In this document: piece by piece, positions 13,639 to 27,734 of the stretch | Numbering within the stretch: position 1 is the stretch's first letter | Layout: every line of letters starts with the position of its first letter | Assembly (NCBI RefSeq): GCF_009914755.1 | Contig: NC_060926.1 | Source of the DNA: the human T2T-CHM13v2.0 reference genome, Homo sapiens | Reading direction: 5' to 3' (one strand) | DNA length: 64,000 nt | Notes under the pieces: generated by a model | What the model was told of the DNA's origin: nothing | The model's input: only the letters and a program-made list of their open reading frames with translations | Databases searched by the model: none | Translations under genes and position numbers: made by a program

Positions 13639-14449
13639 TTTCCATCAAGCCTGTGAAATAGATATTATTCCCATTTATAGATGAGGAGCTGAGATGTAGA
13701 GAGGCCAAATGACTTGCCTCAGTTCTTGCACACAGAGCCAGAGCCCAGATTTGAAGCTGAGAGGCCTCACTCCAAAGCTTCTGCTGTTTCCATTATATCA
13801 GGGATGGCAAAGGCATAGATACCACCTGTGCTTCCCTCACTTAGTCCACCCCCACGACAGGCAATATTAATCAATCACAGCACCTCTGAGCCCAGAGATG
13901 TCCTCGGAATCTTTCACACACTGCTCCTGACAGCCAAACCTACCCGTCAGTGGGAGCTGAAGTTTGCAATTTCTGTACTAACCTGTATGGCCTTTCTAAA
14001 ATGGAGACATTACCAAGGAATCAATCTATTAACAGCTGAAAACAAACCTTGTGTGAGCTCCAGTCTTATCTGCCTAGGAGGGAAGAGCGTGGTAGATTGC
14101 AGGCTGTGTGAAGCACAGCACTCCCATGGCGACCTCACGGATCATAACTAGAGTCTACACTCAGCACACAGGCAACACAGGGCCGTTACCCTTGAAAAGT
14201 GTAAAAATCTAGACGAAGTTAATGAGGAGACTTTTTTTTTAAGCTGCTATATTTTGTCTAATTCATATATGCTACATTTTATTCTAAAAATAGTTATTCT
14301 ACTCTTTGGCACTAAGTTTGGTGATGGATATAAAATAGTGATCAATAAACAGTTGTTAAGAAAGGAAAAATAAAGTAGCTGCCAAAGGCAACTGTGTCCA
14401 CACCTGATGAGGTCTTTTAACAAATGGATGGGAGGAATAAACAAGACTG

Positions 14450-14650
14450 AATTATGTTTTTATATATCTTGCGCACCCAACAGTTCTTAGCAAGGCCCGT
14501 GGGCAGTAGATGCCCAATAAATATTTATCATACGGAACTACAAATCTTGCTTGTGAAAGTACAAAGCATAGGTGTATCCTGGAGGTAGGGAACAGTAACC
14601 CTGACAGCAGACTGGTTTAAGGCCATCTCTGGCCAAACCAAAACACATTA
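14450..14650. repeat. Dispersed ~200-bp duplication, copy 1 (copy 2 at 15395-15596)
   Basis: Aligns by eye at roughly 90% identity to 15395-15596. Confidence 0.92.
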
Positions 14651-15089
14651 CAGAGGCTCTCTGAGTCCCAAAGTCATCCACAGATTGATGTCTTGCTTCT
14701 CTTCTTATGGCATAAGAGACTGGTAGAAAACTGACCAAACTCATCAAGAAAGTAATATTTTTTTTTCCTCTGAAAATTGTGAATTGTATCAGATATTGCC
14801 ACTATTATGCCCCTAGGTCACTTGCTCATCTGTTTTCCACAGGGAAGCCAAAACAGAATTTTGCAAAGATATACATGAGTAATCAAAGGAAACTGACTGT
14901 ATTGGGTGTGATTCTCCTGTCTTCTGAAATAACCCACCATGATCTTTTGCGTGTTTCTGCCAGCCCATACAATGTCTGGTCTCACCACCAACAACAAATA
15001 TTTAGTCTATGGCTACTGTGTATATAGGGCAACCTCTTGTCTCATTTGCTGTTTGTGCAGCTTAAAAGCAAGGGCAGGGTGAATTATGG

Positions 15090-15392
15090 TTTTTTTGTTT
15101 GTTTGTTTTTGAGACGGAGTCTCGTTCTGTAGCCCAGGCTGGAGTGCGGTGGTGCGATCTTGGCTCACTGCAAGCTCCGCCTTCTGGGTTCATGCCATTC
15201 TCCTGCCTCACCCTCCTGAGTAGCTGGGACTACAGGCACCCGCCACCACGCCTGGCTAATTTTTTTGTATTTTTAGTAGAAACAGAGTTTCACCACGTTA
15301 GCCAGGATGGTCTCGATCTTCTGACCTTGTGATCTGCCCACCTCGGCCTCCCAAGGTGCTAGGATTACAGGTGTGAGCCACTGCGCCCAGCC
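15090..15392 (-). mobile_element. AluY, antisense
   Basis: Y diagnostics caagctccgcc, gccattctcc and ttagccaggatggtctcgatct. aattatg TSD on both sides. Confidence 0.9.
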
Positions 15393-15394
15393 CT

Positions 15395-15596
15395 AATTAT
15401 GTTTTTATATGAATTGCACACCCCACAGTTCTTAGCAAGGCCCATGGGCAATAGATGCCCAATAAATATTTATCATCCAAAACTACAAATCTTGCTTGTG
15501 AAAATACAAAGCATAGGTGCATGCTGGAGGTAGGGAACAGTAACCCTGAGAACAGACTGGTTTAAGGCCATCTCTGGCCAAACCAAGACACAGTTA
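15395..15596. repeat. Dispersed ~200-bp duplication, copy 2
   Basis: See copy 1 at 14450-14650. Confidence 0.92.
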
Positions 15597-17889
15597 AAGG
15601 GAGCATTTATGTCCCTGTTTGGCTGTGATATGCCCTATAGACTGGGGCAAGGCTGTGGCAGCCTGGCCAGGATGAAAACGCTCATCCTTGGGCTGCCCCT
15701 AGATGCCAAACTTTTTCCGTACAAGTTTTCAAGGCACATTATTAAAAGCAGTTACGTAAGTGGGGAACTAACTGCACCTTATAAAAGGCTTAACAGGAGA
15801 GACAGAGTCCTCCATTTGGAGCTGTTTTGTTAAATGTTGAGAATAGAGAAGTCCAGAAGTGGTTGGTGTTTCTGCTCTACACTGAAAACGAATTGGGCTG
15901 GAGCCCATCTCACAGCCTGCCTTTCTTTCTTCTGTCTCACCCAGCTTGGGCACAGGCTTTTGCTATACTGTTGGACTGGGCAGTTCCCCATTGATAGAGA
16001 TGTTGTTTAATATTTAAGTATGTTGTGTAGCTCTTAACATCGAAAGAGAAGAAAAAAGGTCCACTTTATCTTTAGGGTGAGCTGACCTTTCCAGATGGAG
16101 CAGGGAAATCTCCTGAGGACAGGACCCTGGGAGGAATCCACTTCCCTGCTTAAAAAGCATGGTGAGGAAGGTTCCCTTGGGCTTGTTGGATCCAGTACTC
16201 TCCAGTGGGCAGTGCTCTGTATGTTCTAGGTTAGAGTCTTAGATAATATGGGATTTTAAAACCAGTATTGTATTACATTAGAGTATTACTGCCCTTGGGA
16301 ATTTTTTAGATAGTTCCTTTTGGGGAGAGAACTGTTTTGTCCTATCCATTGCAGATGGGAGCAAGAACATACAAAAGAGCATAAAGAAAAATTCTGCCGA
16401 TGTGGGCATTTCCTTGAGGCTGAGGGACTAGGAGAGGCACCAAAGGGTGTCCTTCATTCATGGTAAAAGCCCTAATAGCCTCAGTGTAAGAATATCCTGT
16501 AGGCAGGCGAAGGATGACATGACTCACTTTGGTGGTGACCTCCTAGTAGTTCAACTGAGAATCCAGGCGGGATAAGATCAGTGCAGGGTAATTGTATGGT
16601 AGCTAGTCAACCTTTCCATTGCTTAGCCGGAGAATTCTGGCTTTTGTGCTGGTGATGTCAGGCAGGTGTTGGAGGAGGAGTTCCATGACCATTTTCTCTG
16701 TTCCTGCCAACAGGAAAGCTCCATTGGGACATACACGCTCACTTCCAGGGTGTTTTATATTCATCCATAGCTGCTGCATGGATAAAAAATTTGGCGAAAA
16801 ACTTGAAATCCTATTACCATGATGATCATTAGAACTCATGTTAGGGCTTTTTGTTTTTAAAACAGGGACACAAAGAAGAAACAGAAGGCTGCCATATGCA
16901 AGGTTAGTGAAAGCCCCTTACCTTCACCCCATTTAAATCCTGAAGAGGGAAAGTAGCTAAGCTGTAGTGATCACTTCCTGCAAAGAAAACCATAATTATG
17001 GCGCCCAGTTATTCTTCATAAGGGGAAACCTTGGAATAGCATGGGTGCTATTTTGAATATTTGAGAAAACAGTGACATTCAATATGAAATGGAAATGATT
17101 CTGTGCTGCTGGGATTGGATCAGTTCCTTCTAGGCATCAGTTGCCCCTGGGGATAGCCTAGTTCTCCCTCCTGTGTGAATTTGGGAAACACTAGAATCTT
17201 GTAGTTGTTGCTGACTCTCCCACCAGCAGGGAACCAACTTATGCTCTTGGGAGAAGCAGGGGGAGTGGGGAATCTGCTTTTCTCTTTAAGCTTCCAATCT
17301 CAACTGCCTAATAACAAGGGAATTCGACTATCAAGATTTCCTGGAGTGGCTTAAGTATGGGCGCCAGGATGCAGTCTTCTGTACACAGTGAAAGAAAACG
17401 GGGGTAAAAACCATGATGAATAGGTGCAGAGAGGAGTGGCTAGATCACCTGCCTGGGGGATGAGCCTCCCACGTGACTGTAAGGTTGTGCAAGAATTGGG
17501 CAACATTTGGTCAGGGTGGAGAGGCCTTGACAAAGCATTTGTACTCCCACTAGATTCCTATCTCCTCCGTGGGGAAAAACAAGTATTTAAAGTTCTACAC
17601 AGTGTTTTAAGAGGAAGAAATGGATTGCCTTACTACCCTAGCATACTTCATTTGTACATATTTGGAGTTCTATTCACTAAGCACCCACTGTAGGAAGGGC
17701 ACTGGGCTGAAGATCCCAGAAAATTAAAGGAGACACCTTTGTTCCTGCCCATAGGAAATATAGTCTAGTGGGGGCCAGGAAGGGGTAAGACGAGCATACA
17801 GGTGATCATACTCAAGACAGGAGATAGTAAATACCCTGATATGGAAATAGGGGAAATGGTTCTAGGGGTTTTGGAGAGGAGAAGTGAGA

Positions 17890-18200
17890 GGGAGGCGGTA
17901 AGCCTGCAGGCCCTGGAGCCAGACTGCCTGGGTTCCAGTCCGAGATTTACCACCTATGAGTTGTGGTATCTTGGAGAAGTCACTTAAACACATTGTACCT
18001 CTGATTCTTCAACTGCAAAATGTAGGTCACTGTTGTACCTATGTCAGTAGATAATGGTTTACTGCCCATAAACATTGGTCTCAGCTTCAGGACCAGCAGG
18101 GGCCGTGCTGACCTTGAGCTAGTGACTTACAACCTCCAGGTCTCAGTTTCCTCATCTGTACAATGAAGAGATTAGACTGGATAAATGCTAACATTTTCTT
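17890..18200 (+). mobile_element. Two MIR fragments
   Basis: ctggagccagactgcctgggttc... and the MIR core tctcagtttcctcatctgtacaatg. Boundaries approximate. Confidence 0.7.
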
Positions 18201-20567
18201 TATTCTAAAGTGCCGTGATTTCATGGTTGAATATGTATTAAATGCCTGCTGTGTGCCCAATATTGTGTTGGCATAATGAAAAAGAGAAAAAGTAGGATAT
18301 GTGGTCCCTGGCCTCAAGGAGCTATAATCTAAGTGAGGAGAGGACATTAATATACAGGAGAGTATTAGAGAATTAGAGAATATTAGAAATTAAAAGCTAG
18401 GTGGTATGGGCAGTGAGAAGATAGGAATAGAGATTTTAGAATGGACCAGAGTAGTCAGGAGATTTGATAGTGACCTATCTAATGTTTAGAACCACAGAGA
18501 CTTTAGACAGGAGCTCAGACTTGTTTACAAATTCCATGAATTCTGAAGCTTGGAACACTGCCATTAATATTTAAATTAAAGTTGAACTGCAGAAAAACAA
18601 AAGTTACCTATTTGGAATATAAGGTGGGACAAAGTTTATAAAACTCCATGTCTAAAACCGGTAGTGTGGATGGAAGCTATAAAGAGGCTCAAACCAGCTT
18701 CCCATATATCCTTGGATGACAATTCCATTAGAATATAGCCCCTGGCACAGAGTAGGCACACACAAAAATTCATCTGTTGAGTGACTTGTGGAAAAAGTGT
18801 TCTGCCCTGTTCAGCTTTGAACAGCTGTGGGCACCCTGGTGGTGGTCTCAGCCCCACCTCCAGAGGGCAGTGCACAGAGGAGGCCCCGCCAGAGCCCTCC
18901 TGCCAAGTCTTTGGGAAGAGCTTAATATTGCCTCATGCCTCCTGAGCCAGCCCTCTATCAAAGGTGAATTCTCTGCTCCCAAATGTTAACCTACCTCCGG
19001 GGGGGCTACACGTACTCCCTCCCCAGAATTGTCTGAACTTAGGTTTTGAGAAAACTTGGCAACAGCCTCAAATTTTTCTTCCAGTCTAACTATCCTATGG
19101 TCCCCAGGGTCCATATGCAGATCGGGCTGTTAGTGACCCTGGCTTACACGGGTAAAAAAGAGACTTAACAAAACTTGGCAGAGACTGCTAAGTGCCAAAA
19201 GAGTGGTGTAGACAGTAAGTGAGGTCACCCCGGCCAGGAAATTGGGGGCACCTCCTGGAAGGAGGGAGAGCTAGGAGCTTGAGTGGGTCTTGAAGAATGA
19301 GTAGAGGCCACGATGGCAGGTAAGACAGGTGGAGGCATTAAGTACTTCTGTCCCCATGACCAGTTCCCCCATACCACTCTTCGTTAACCAAACATGGGAG
19401 GTGGCAGGCCCATTTAGATCTGGTGCTTTATTCTAAGGGAGGAAATGAGATGAAAATGACAGATGAAGTGCAAGCTTGAACTCCCTGGCCTCAACCAGTC
19501 ACTGAGAATGGCTGCCCATCCCCCAAACAGTCAGTGATGGCCTGGTTTGATGGGCCCGTTTATGACCTCCTGGCTTGAGAGCAGCAGACCACAAACCTTC
19601 ACAGAGCTCTCTGTTGAATTTCCTTCCCAGTACAGAACCCAGAAGTCCTAGTTATAAATGTCACTACACTTTATTTATGTAGCATCCTCTGTGAAAACAT
19701 GAGTATATATCATATCTACCATCAGAACGTACCTTCAGCAATCACTTAGAACAGTGGGGAGGACAGATGGGGTCTTCAAGGTTCAGAAAGGTGAAATGTA
19801 CAATATCTTCCCATTGTAACTCTTCAGAGCAAATCAGAGGTGAAAATGTTCAGAACACAAGTCTGCCTTCCAGGCCAGTCTTCTAAGCACCTTTTTCTTC
19901 TCTTTCACATTTTACCCTTGTCTCATTCCCTGTTCCCTCCTCCTTTTTGTTCATAAAAAAAATTATTTTTTTCCAAATAAGCAAAATGGAGTCAAACTTT
20001 GCATCCTCAAAATGTATGAAGTAAACATTATTCCTAATGAGCCTCTGGGAAAGTGCTCACCTTTGAACTTGGCCAAGGATTATGCAGCAAAGAAAAAGTC
20101 TTAAGAACTTGATAGAGTGTTAGAGCTTCCTGGGTTTTTAAAGTCAAGTTGCATATTACATTTCTTTTCCTTAATAGGGGCATTTCCAGAAACCCTTCCT
20201 GGTTGAGTAGGCCAGTGTCTGAAAGTGAAGCGCTAGGATTGGTTACTGACTCTGGTTCAGGGATTGTCATCTGGGTGCGAGGCAACCACAGGGTAGGAGG
20301 CACCATTGCTAGAATGCTCTTTCTTTCCTAGGACTCAGCACCTATGCCGACAGTCCTTGCAAGACAGGAGGGGAACGTGTAGGCTATCCTATTTATGGTA
20401 AGGGGAGGCCTATGGAAAAACAGGAAGATGGTCAAGGGAAGCTGGCAGCAAAAAGGCAATGAGACCGAGGAGTTGTCCCTGTAAGATAAGCTCTTTTCCC
20501 CTTGGAGACCTTGCCTATTCATTGGCCTGTGCTCATCTCTATAGGCTTTCTATTAAAACACACACAC

Positions 20568-20865
<298 letters not shown>

Positions 20866-23310
20866 AACACACACACACATCCTTCTTAAAGACAAAAACA
20901 CCTCTGGCTGTCTGCATAGCTTCTGCCTGCCTCTGTGGAATATTACACATTTTAAATTCCCCAACTATTGCCTCACAGCCAAGAAGTTCACTTATAGGCA
21001 TTGAGATGAATCATTCACAGAATGACTTAAATCCAACTAAGAATGTGTAACTGCTGAACATTCTGATTGAGGTTCCAGACCGTTTGTGATGCCACATGTT
21101 TGTTGTAACAGGCAGAATCATCAGTAATACTTTGTTTCTCTTTTCTTGAAACTTTCCCTCCAAGTTTCCATCTTAATGCTTTAAATCATGACAGAATCAA
21201 ACAAGCTCTGTGCCCTCTGCCCCTGACCCCCGTGATGGCATGAGCTTCACCAAGCACCCCCATTCCCACAGAGATCTGGGATAAAAGGCTTTACAGAATC
21301 CAGAATCCAGCTCCGTTTCTGAGCTGTTATCGCTTCATAGCACAGGCTGTCTTTTTCTCTTCCTACACGTAGAGCTAGGCACACATAGATGGGTAGTGCA
21401 CTGTCCCTGAACTGAGGCTCTCTCAAGTCCAGGCTACCTTCTGCCCAGCACCTACTTAGTGTAGCTTATCTTTTAAAATAAGCCATTCTGCAAAGAGCAG
21501 GGTTCCCAGTGGCCTTGAGGTTTGTCAGAACTTCTCTAGAATTGGCAACTTAGCTGTGACCTCAGAAGTCTTGGCTCTGGCAAAGCAAGGTCTTTGCGCT
21601 AAAACAGGCTCAGTGCCCATGGAGATAATCACCTCTTGTAATATCCACACAATCATCTCATTGTCAAAGCACAAGGAATGCAAAAATAGAAGAAATGCCA
21701 CAATAGGGTTGCCCCATGGTTCAGCTAAACCAGGATTCTGCTTCCGGCTGAGGGCACCTTGGGACACCTTAGGAGGGATGGTCCCAAGCATTGTTCTGGA
21801 GTTCAGCCCCTGTTGGCAAGACCTGTCCTCCTACAACCATAGCCTCACTGGGCCTGATTTTGCCCCATCTTTTTGGGACTCCTTTACCACCTCCTTGTCC
21901 TGGCTAACTCTCCTTTGTCCTTAAATTCACAACTGGGGAAACCCTTGAGGAGTCTTTTTTTTTTTCCTCCCCATTTTGGGTTATGTCATCTTTCTTGCTC
22001 CCAGAGCACTTGCTCCTGACTTCTGTAGCAATGGCCTCAACACTATTGAGTGTGTAGTATTTCTTAGGCATGGTTCTCTGCATACATGTATATAGTATTT
22101 ATTCCTCACAGGGGCTCTGTAAGGCAGGCACTCATAGACGCTGAGGTTTAGAGAAACTTAAGTAACTTGCCCCAGGTCATAGAGTAAGTGTCCAAGTCCT
22201 CAAGCCCGGGCAGTCCTGCTGCATCTGCATGGCACATGCGCTTGGCCTGGTCTGCTCAGTGTGTCTCCCTGACTGGGCTGTCAGTTCCTGGAGGGTAGGG
22301 ATCTGTCTTCCCTTCTCTGTCCCCAGTGCCTGGCATGTAGTAGACACTCAGTAACTGTCAAATAAATGAAAGCCCTGGCTCATCAAACAAAGACCAGATG
22401 TGATTTAAATTCCAAGGAGCCATACTTCTTACAAAAATGCTAAAATGCCAAGAAGTACTTTTTCATTAAAACAAAACAAAACTGTTTTAGCTATGTAAGG
22501 GTGGCCTTTTAGAACTCTGACTGCTTTAGATCTTTCCTCTAGGTGGCATAGAGTTGTGGGGTTTGGCAGACCACCATGGGAAAAGAACAGATGCATTTGT
22601 CAGAATCTCTGTGGCCATCAGACGTCACTCCAATGAAGCCAAAGCTCCGAGGTTTAAAAATAATTAAGGGAAATAACTAAGCGGAGAGACAGAAAAGACC
22701 ACTTCTTAGTTGATTCTGGAAAAATGAACCTTTTCTTTCTACCAACCGGCACCGAAATTCAGAGTATCCTGGACACAGCTGAGAGACTACTCAGGGAGAG
22801 CCACTGCAGTCACACCCCACCTCCACTTAGGTCTCCCTACACTCACTCTAATCTTCTAAATCGTTTAATCAGACACGGCGCTGCCTCTGAGGCTTCAGGA
22901 CTTTCAGGCTGTTTTTTTTTCCCCGGGCTTAAAGTCTTTCTCTGCTGCTGACTCACATGTTAATTATTGCTTTGCATAAAGTAGAATTAGCAGTGCTCCT
23001 GCACTCACCTGCCTGCGTGTTATACAACTGTTTTATCTGCTGGACAGAACTGAGTGTGCAGGCCGGCCTGCCATGGTGTCACCAGCGGCCCTGTCTTCAG
23101 CTGCCAGGGCAATGAGCATCGCACAGAAACCAACCATTGCTTTAGAGGCTCTGGGGAAGAGGCTGTGGGGTGTGCTCTGCTTGTCCCAGGAAAAAGAGGG
23201 TTAAGTGCCAAGTTTTGACCAAAATCTTATAAGAATGGTCCAGGAGTTTCAGTTCCCTGTCACCTGTCAGTGTTAATGGACAGAACTGGTGTTTCACAGA
23301 AAAAAAAAAT

Positions 23311-23312
<2 letters not shown>

Positions 23313-23352
<40 letters not shown>
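23313..23352. repeat. (GT)20 microsatellite
   Basis: Perfect 40-nt GT run. Confidence 0.97.
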
Positions 23353-23356
<4 letters not shown>

Positions 23357-26300
23357 CAACTTGTTTTCTCTTTGGCTGCTGGGCTGGATAATGAAGTAAA
23401 GATGACATTATCTCTAATAAAAGTGATTTGCAGAAATCACTGACGGGACCTCAGTAGCAGAGATTCGCCATTAGCAGGCTAGCCAGATAAGAGGGGCAGC
23501 TGGGTTCTGTTAACCCCCTCCTCGTCTGATGTGTGTCTTGCAGGGAAGTCAAAGGCGGAGGAGTAGAGTAGAGTGGACTTTTTGAAGTTTGGGCTAATGG
23601 ACAGTGTTTTTTCCAAAGTGTGGGCTGTTCTTTAGCCCCACTTGCTGATCTTTAGGGTTGTCATTAGGTTTTCATTTTTGTTTTGTTTCTTAGGATTTTT
23701 GTGTTAGTGGCTTTTTCCCCCTGGGGCTTGGCCCATTTTCTCACCTCTATGTTATATCACCAGAAGGGTGGAACCCTGGCCAAGCCCTGGCATCCAGAAA
23801 TCTGAGTCCAAGCAGGGCACCTACACATGTGAGGTGAGGGCTCTGGGCCACGGGTGTTGGGCAACAGATTGTTCTGTAGTGTCGAGGAGGTGGGATCTGA
23901 GGCAGAAACCTCCCTGGCCTCTTAAGGATGGGACGGGTCAGGAGGGGAGGGGTCTGCCCATGTCCGGACTTGTTCACCTGTGTCAGTGAGAGCTGACTAG
24001 CAGCTGGCTCACGAAACACACCCATGATGTGGACAGCGGGCACAGCCAGCTACTTCTGTGTGAAAACATCCTTAGTATACAGGGATTTGTTTCCTGGGGA
24101 CAGTGAGGAGTCATGGGGTGTTAAGCAACCTAGTGATGAATATAGCCACCATCACTCGCCTTTATTAATCCACTTTCTACTGGAAGCACTAAAGCATTGG
24201 AACTCTGCAATACCCCCACAGCTGGGGGACCGTGACTGATTTAATCTTCATGCCAGCTCACCATACCATAACTGAAAGGGCTGTATGACACTATTATTGT
24301 TGGAGTAAGGTACTTTGATACATGAGAGGTTTGACATTTTGCCTGTGCCCTCAGAGAACCTTAAAACTAGGACTAACAAGGTGACGGTGCCTTGCAGTCA
24401 AGTAGCACAGATTGTCTAAGTGTTCCAGGCAGGAGTGAGGAGGAGACACCAGTGTAGGCTCGGTAAGATGCTCAGAAAAGCCTCTGTGGAGGTGGCAGGC
24501 CTATGTTGGCTCTCAAACTGTAGGGTTTAGAAGGTCAGAAAGGAAGAAGCACTTCAGGTGGAACAAATCAACTGGGGACATGGCTGGGCAGCAGAAAGGG
24601 GTGCGGAGTTTGGGGGTGGCAGGGCATAGTGTGGTCTGGCTGGAGTAAGCGTGGAGCTACAGGATCGTAGGAGCTAAGTTTGGAAAGGGCTGGGAGACCT
24701 CAAGGAGCACGTCCAGCTTGGACTTCATCATGAGGATGGTGGGGAGCAATTTTCATTTTAAAATGGGGGAGCGACAAGCTGAAAATGGTTTTGGGGAAAG
24801 AGTGGTGGGCTGGCGAGCTGTTCCTTGCCCCAAGATCTGACTCAAATTTTATTCTTGGTCAGTGGTAAAGAAAGTGAGGGGCAAGGGAAACAAACAGAAG
24901 ATGGGGACTAAGGTCTGTGGAAATAAATAAAACACCACCAGAGCCAGAGGAGGCGTGTGCCCTGGGTGAAGTTTGTTTTTCATCCCATGGGTAACATTTA
25001 TGAGTTACTGTTCAGCAAGAATGCCTTGCGGAGGTCTCTGTGGACTGAGCTGAGGCTCCAGCCTGTGGCAGCCCAGGGATTGCTGCCATATTTAGAGCTT
25101 CCAACAGAGGGTTTCATTTTCCTTGGCTTTGGTGCCAAGAAAAGAGGGGTTCTCACACTTGCTGTCCAGCAGGGCCAAAGCATGGCCAGCAGGAGGAGCA
25201 TGGAGGTTGGGTTCTGGCACTGCCCACCACCTGGCACCTCAGCCACTAATCAGACAACAGGCTAGGCAATTATCCGGGCATCTGACTTTAGCTACCTGTC
25301 CTTTTGTTTAAAGCCCTTTCGTGTGCTTGGCACCTTATGGATACTCAACAAGGTCTGTTTAATGAATGCGTTCTCCCCACCCAGATTCTCAATGCCTTGC
25401 TCCCTGTTCTCTAGCCTGTCTCCCGACCACTGGCACCTCTGCCCATTCCCAGTGTGTCTTTGTCATCCCTCTGCCATCCTGATTGCCTCCCTGTATCCTG
25501 CTCTTCTTTCAAAGCCAACCTCCAGCAGAGTTCTCCCTGTCTTCTCCAGCCTTGCAGGCTTTCTCCTCCCAAACTCCTACAGCCCTGACTGTTCAGCCCA
25601 TTCTTCAGGACTTGGCTCTTCACCTCTCTGCAAGCTCCCTGAGGTCAGGCATAGTTGTTCCACATTTCATTCTACTGCTCACAGCCCCATCATAGGAAGA
25701 GAGAATCATTAATATATATTGAATGAGCAGAGGGAATAAGCCATTGCTGGGGGAAAAATACAGTTTTATTTCCCAAATTGCTCAATGTTATTTGAGAGCA
25801 TGATAATAAATTTGGAAAAGACTTTTAGCATTTCCTGTGGCTTTTGATGACTTCTTTACAAAGGAATGGAAATGTGCGCAGACATCTCACTTCTCATCAG
25901 AGCAAGAGAGGGCAGAATTGGGGGAAAGCAAGTGTTCGCGCTGTGGCATGAATCAGATCCCACAATACTAGACATGTGACCATGTGAACAGGCCTCAGAT
26001 CAGGATTCTTTATAAAGGAAGCCCAGGACAGATTCTCTACCAGCTCTCTCCTCTTTCACTTTTCCTTTTTCTTTGCTTTCCTTTTTTTAATAGGGAGGGG
26101 AGAAGGGGTTATGAGGATGGGGGTAGGAGAGTGAGGGATCCCGTGCTTTCTCCCCCTTCTCTTGCTGTTTTGAAATACTTTAAATTCCAGGAACCAGAAG
26201 TTCTGGCAACATGTTGGGATTAGTAAGGCAGATCCTAGGATATTTCACTATTAGCATGTGATCAAGCATCAGTCCTGATTAAAAGTCTAAACAAATGTTT

Positions 26301-27734
26301 TCTTTGAAATTAAAGTGTCTGAAATAAAGAAGAGAGAACTGACCCTTAAAATCATATTCTGTACTTGAAAAGAGTTCTGACAACTGTCTGTCCCGGTTAT
26401 GTGCACCCCCGCCCCCCACCCGCCTTTTTCCATCCAGAATGTTTGACGACACTGCCAGGGGAATTTCTGCCCCCTCCTTCCTGTATATACCCAGTGCTGG
26501 CCTCTGAGGCAGTCCAGCTCTGTTTTCTCATGACACAGTGATTATTTTTGGCATTGCAGATATTTTTTCTAATGTTATTACCCAGCCCCCTTCTTGGTTG
26601 CCTTTTGTGGAGCAATCTTTTGGGTAACTCCCTGTAAATTTGAGGGTTAATTTTAGTTCGGTGTGGTAGAGGAGGCAGTGGGAGAGAGGAGGAACGACTT
26701 CTACTCCGAAGCGCCCCACCCCCACCTTAAGAGGAGCCGGAGAGGTCCTCTCACGCCCTGCTCATGAAAGAGCTTGCTTTCACCAGCTCTGTGCTCACCA
26801 TTCATCCTTTCTGCCGGCGGGCTTGAGGATATGGATATCCAGAGGTGACGCTGGGGGCTGCACCTCGGGGATGGCATCTTAATGACTTGACTTGGCGGGT
26901 GTTAGAACAGCCCCATTCAGAGTGAGTTCACTCCCTGCGCAGTTGGCTCACTCGGCCTCTGTCCATAGAGTTCTCTTGTTCACGCTGCAGGAGGAAATGG
27001 AGATTTCCAAGTGGGAAGGAGCCTTCCCGATGCTTTAACTCTTCACTGAAGGGAAGAGGAGCTGCAGAGAGCGAAATAAAATCTAAGCCGCCCCAGCTGC
27101 AGCGCCTGGGAGAGGAGCAAGGCTGGGCTGGGGATGGAGGCCAAGGCAGCTGGGATCACTTTTTCTTTCCTCCTTGAGAGGGAAAGGAAAAGAGCAAAGG
27201 GCATTTTTGATTGTCTTTCACAATCAGCAAATATTTACCCAGTTTGTCTGCCCTAGCCCAGGTTCCAGTGAAGGATACACGAAAGTGGAAGATGTTGTGT
27301 CTGTGCCCTTCCCCTGGTACTTACAGCACAGTTATAGGAGTAGAACGTTTGCATAGAAAAGCCACCAAGACAGGGAGGCCTTTAATAAGGGCCTATGAGT
27401 AGTGTGGGCAGGAAGTACCCTGGAGAATGTTGCTAAGGGGCCAGGGACACTGCTGGAAGAAGTAGGGCTTGGGCTGGTCCTAAGGGGTGGGTTTTGAAGA
27501 AATAGGAAGGAATAAAATGATACAGGTAGGGAAGACTTGAAGGAGGAGAGGGACATTAATGTAGGGCTTAGTAAAATCCCATAAAGAAAGCTACAAAGAG
27601 AACAGGATTCTTCCTGGCCAGAGAGAAGATTGGACTTGTTGGACTTTACGTGCCTCAGATTAGGATGGCAGCAGGCAGCACTAACCCTGCCAGATGGCAT
27701 CTTCAGTCTCAAGATCGCACGTGTTCCTGGGTCT

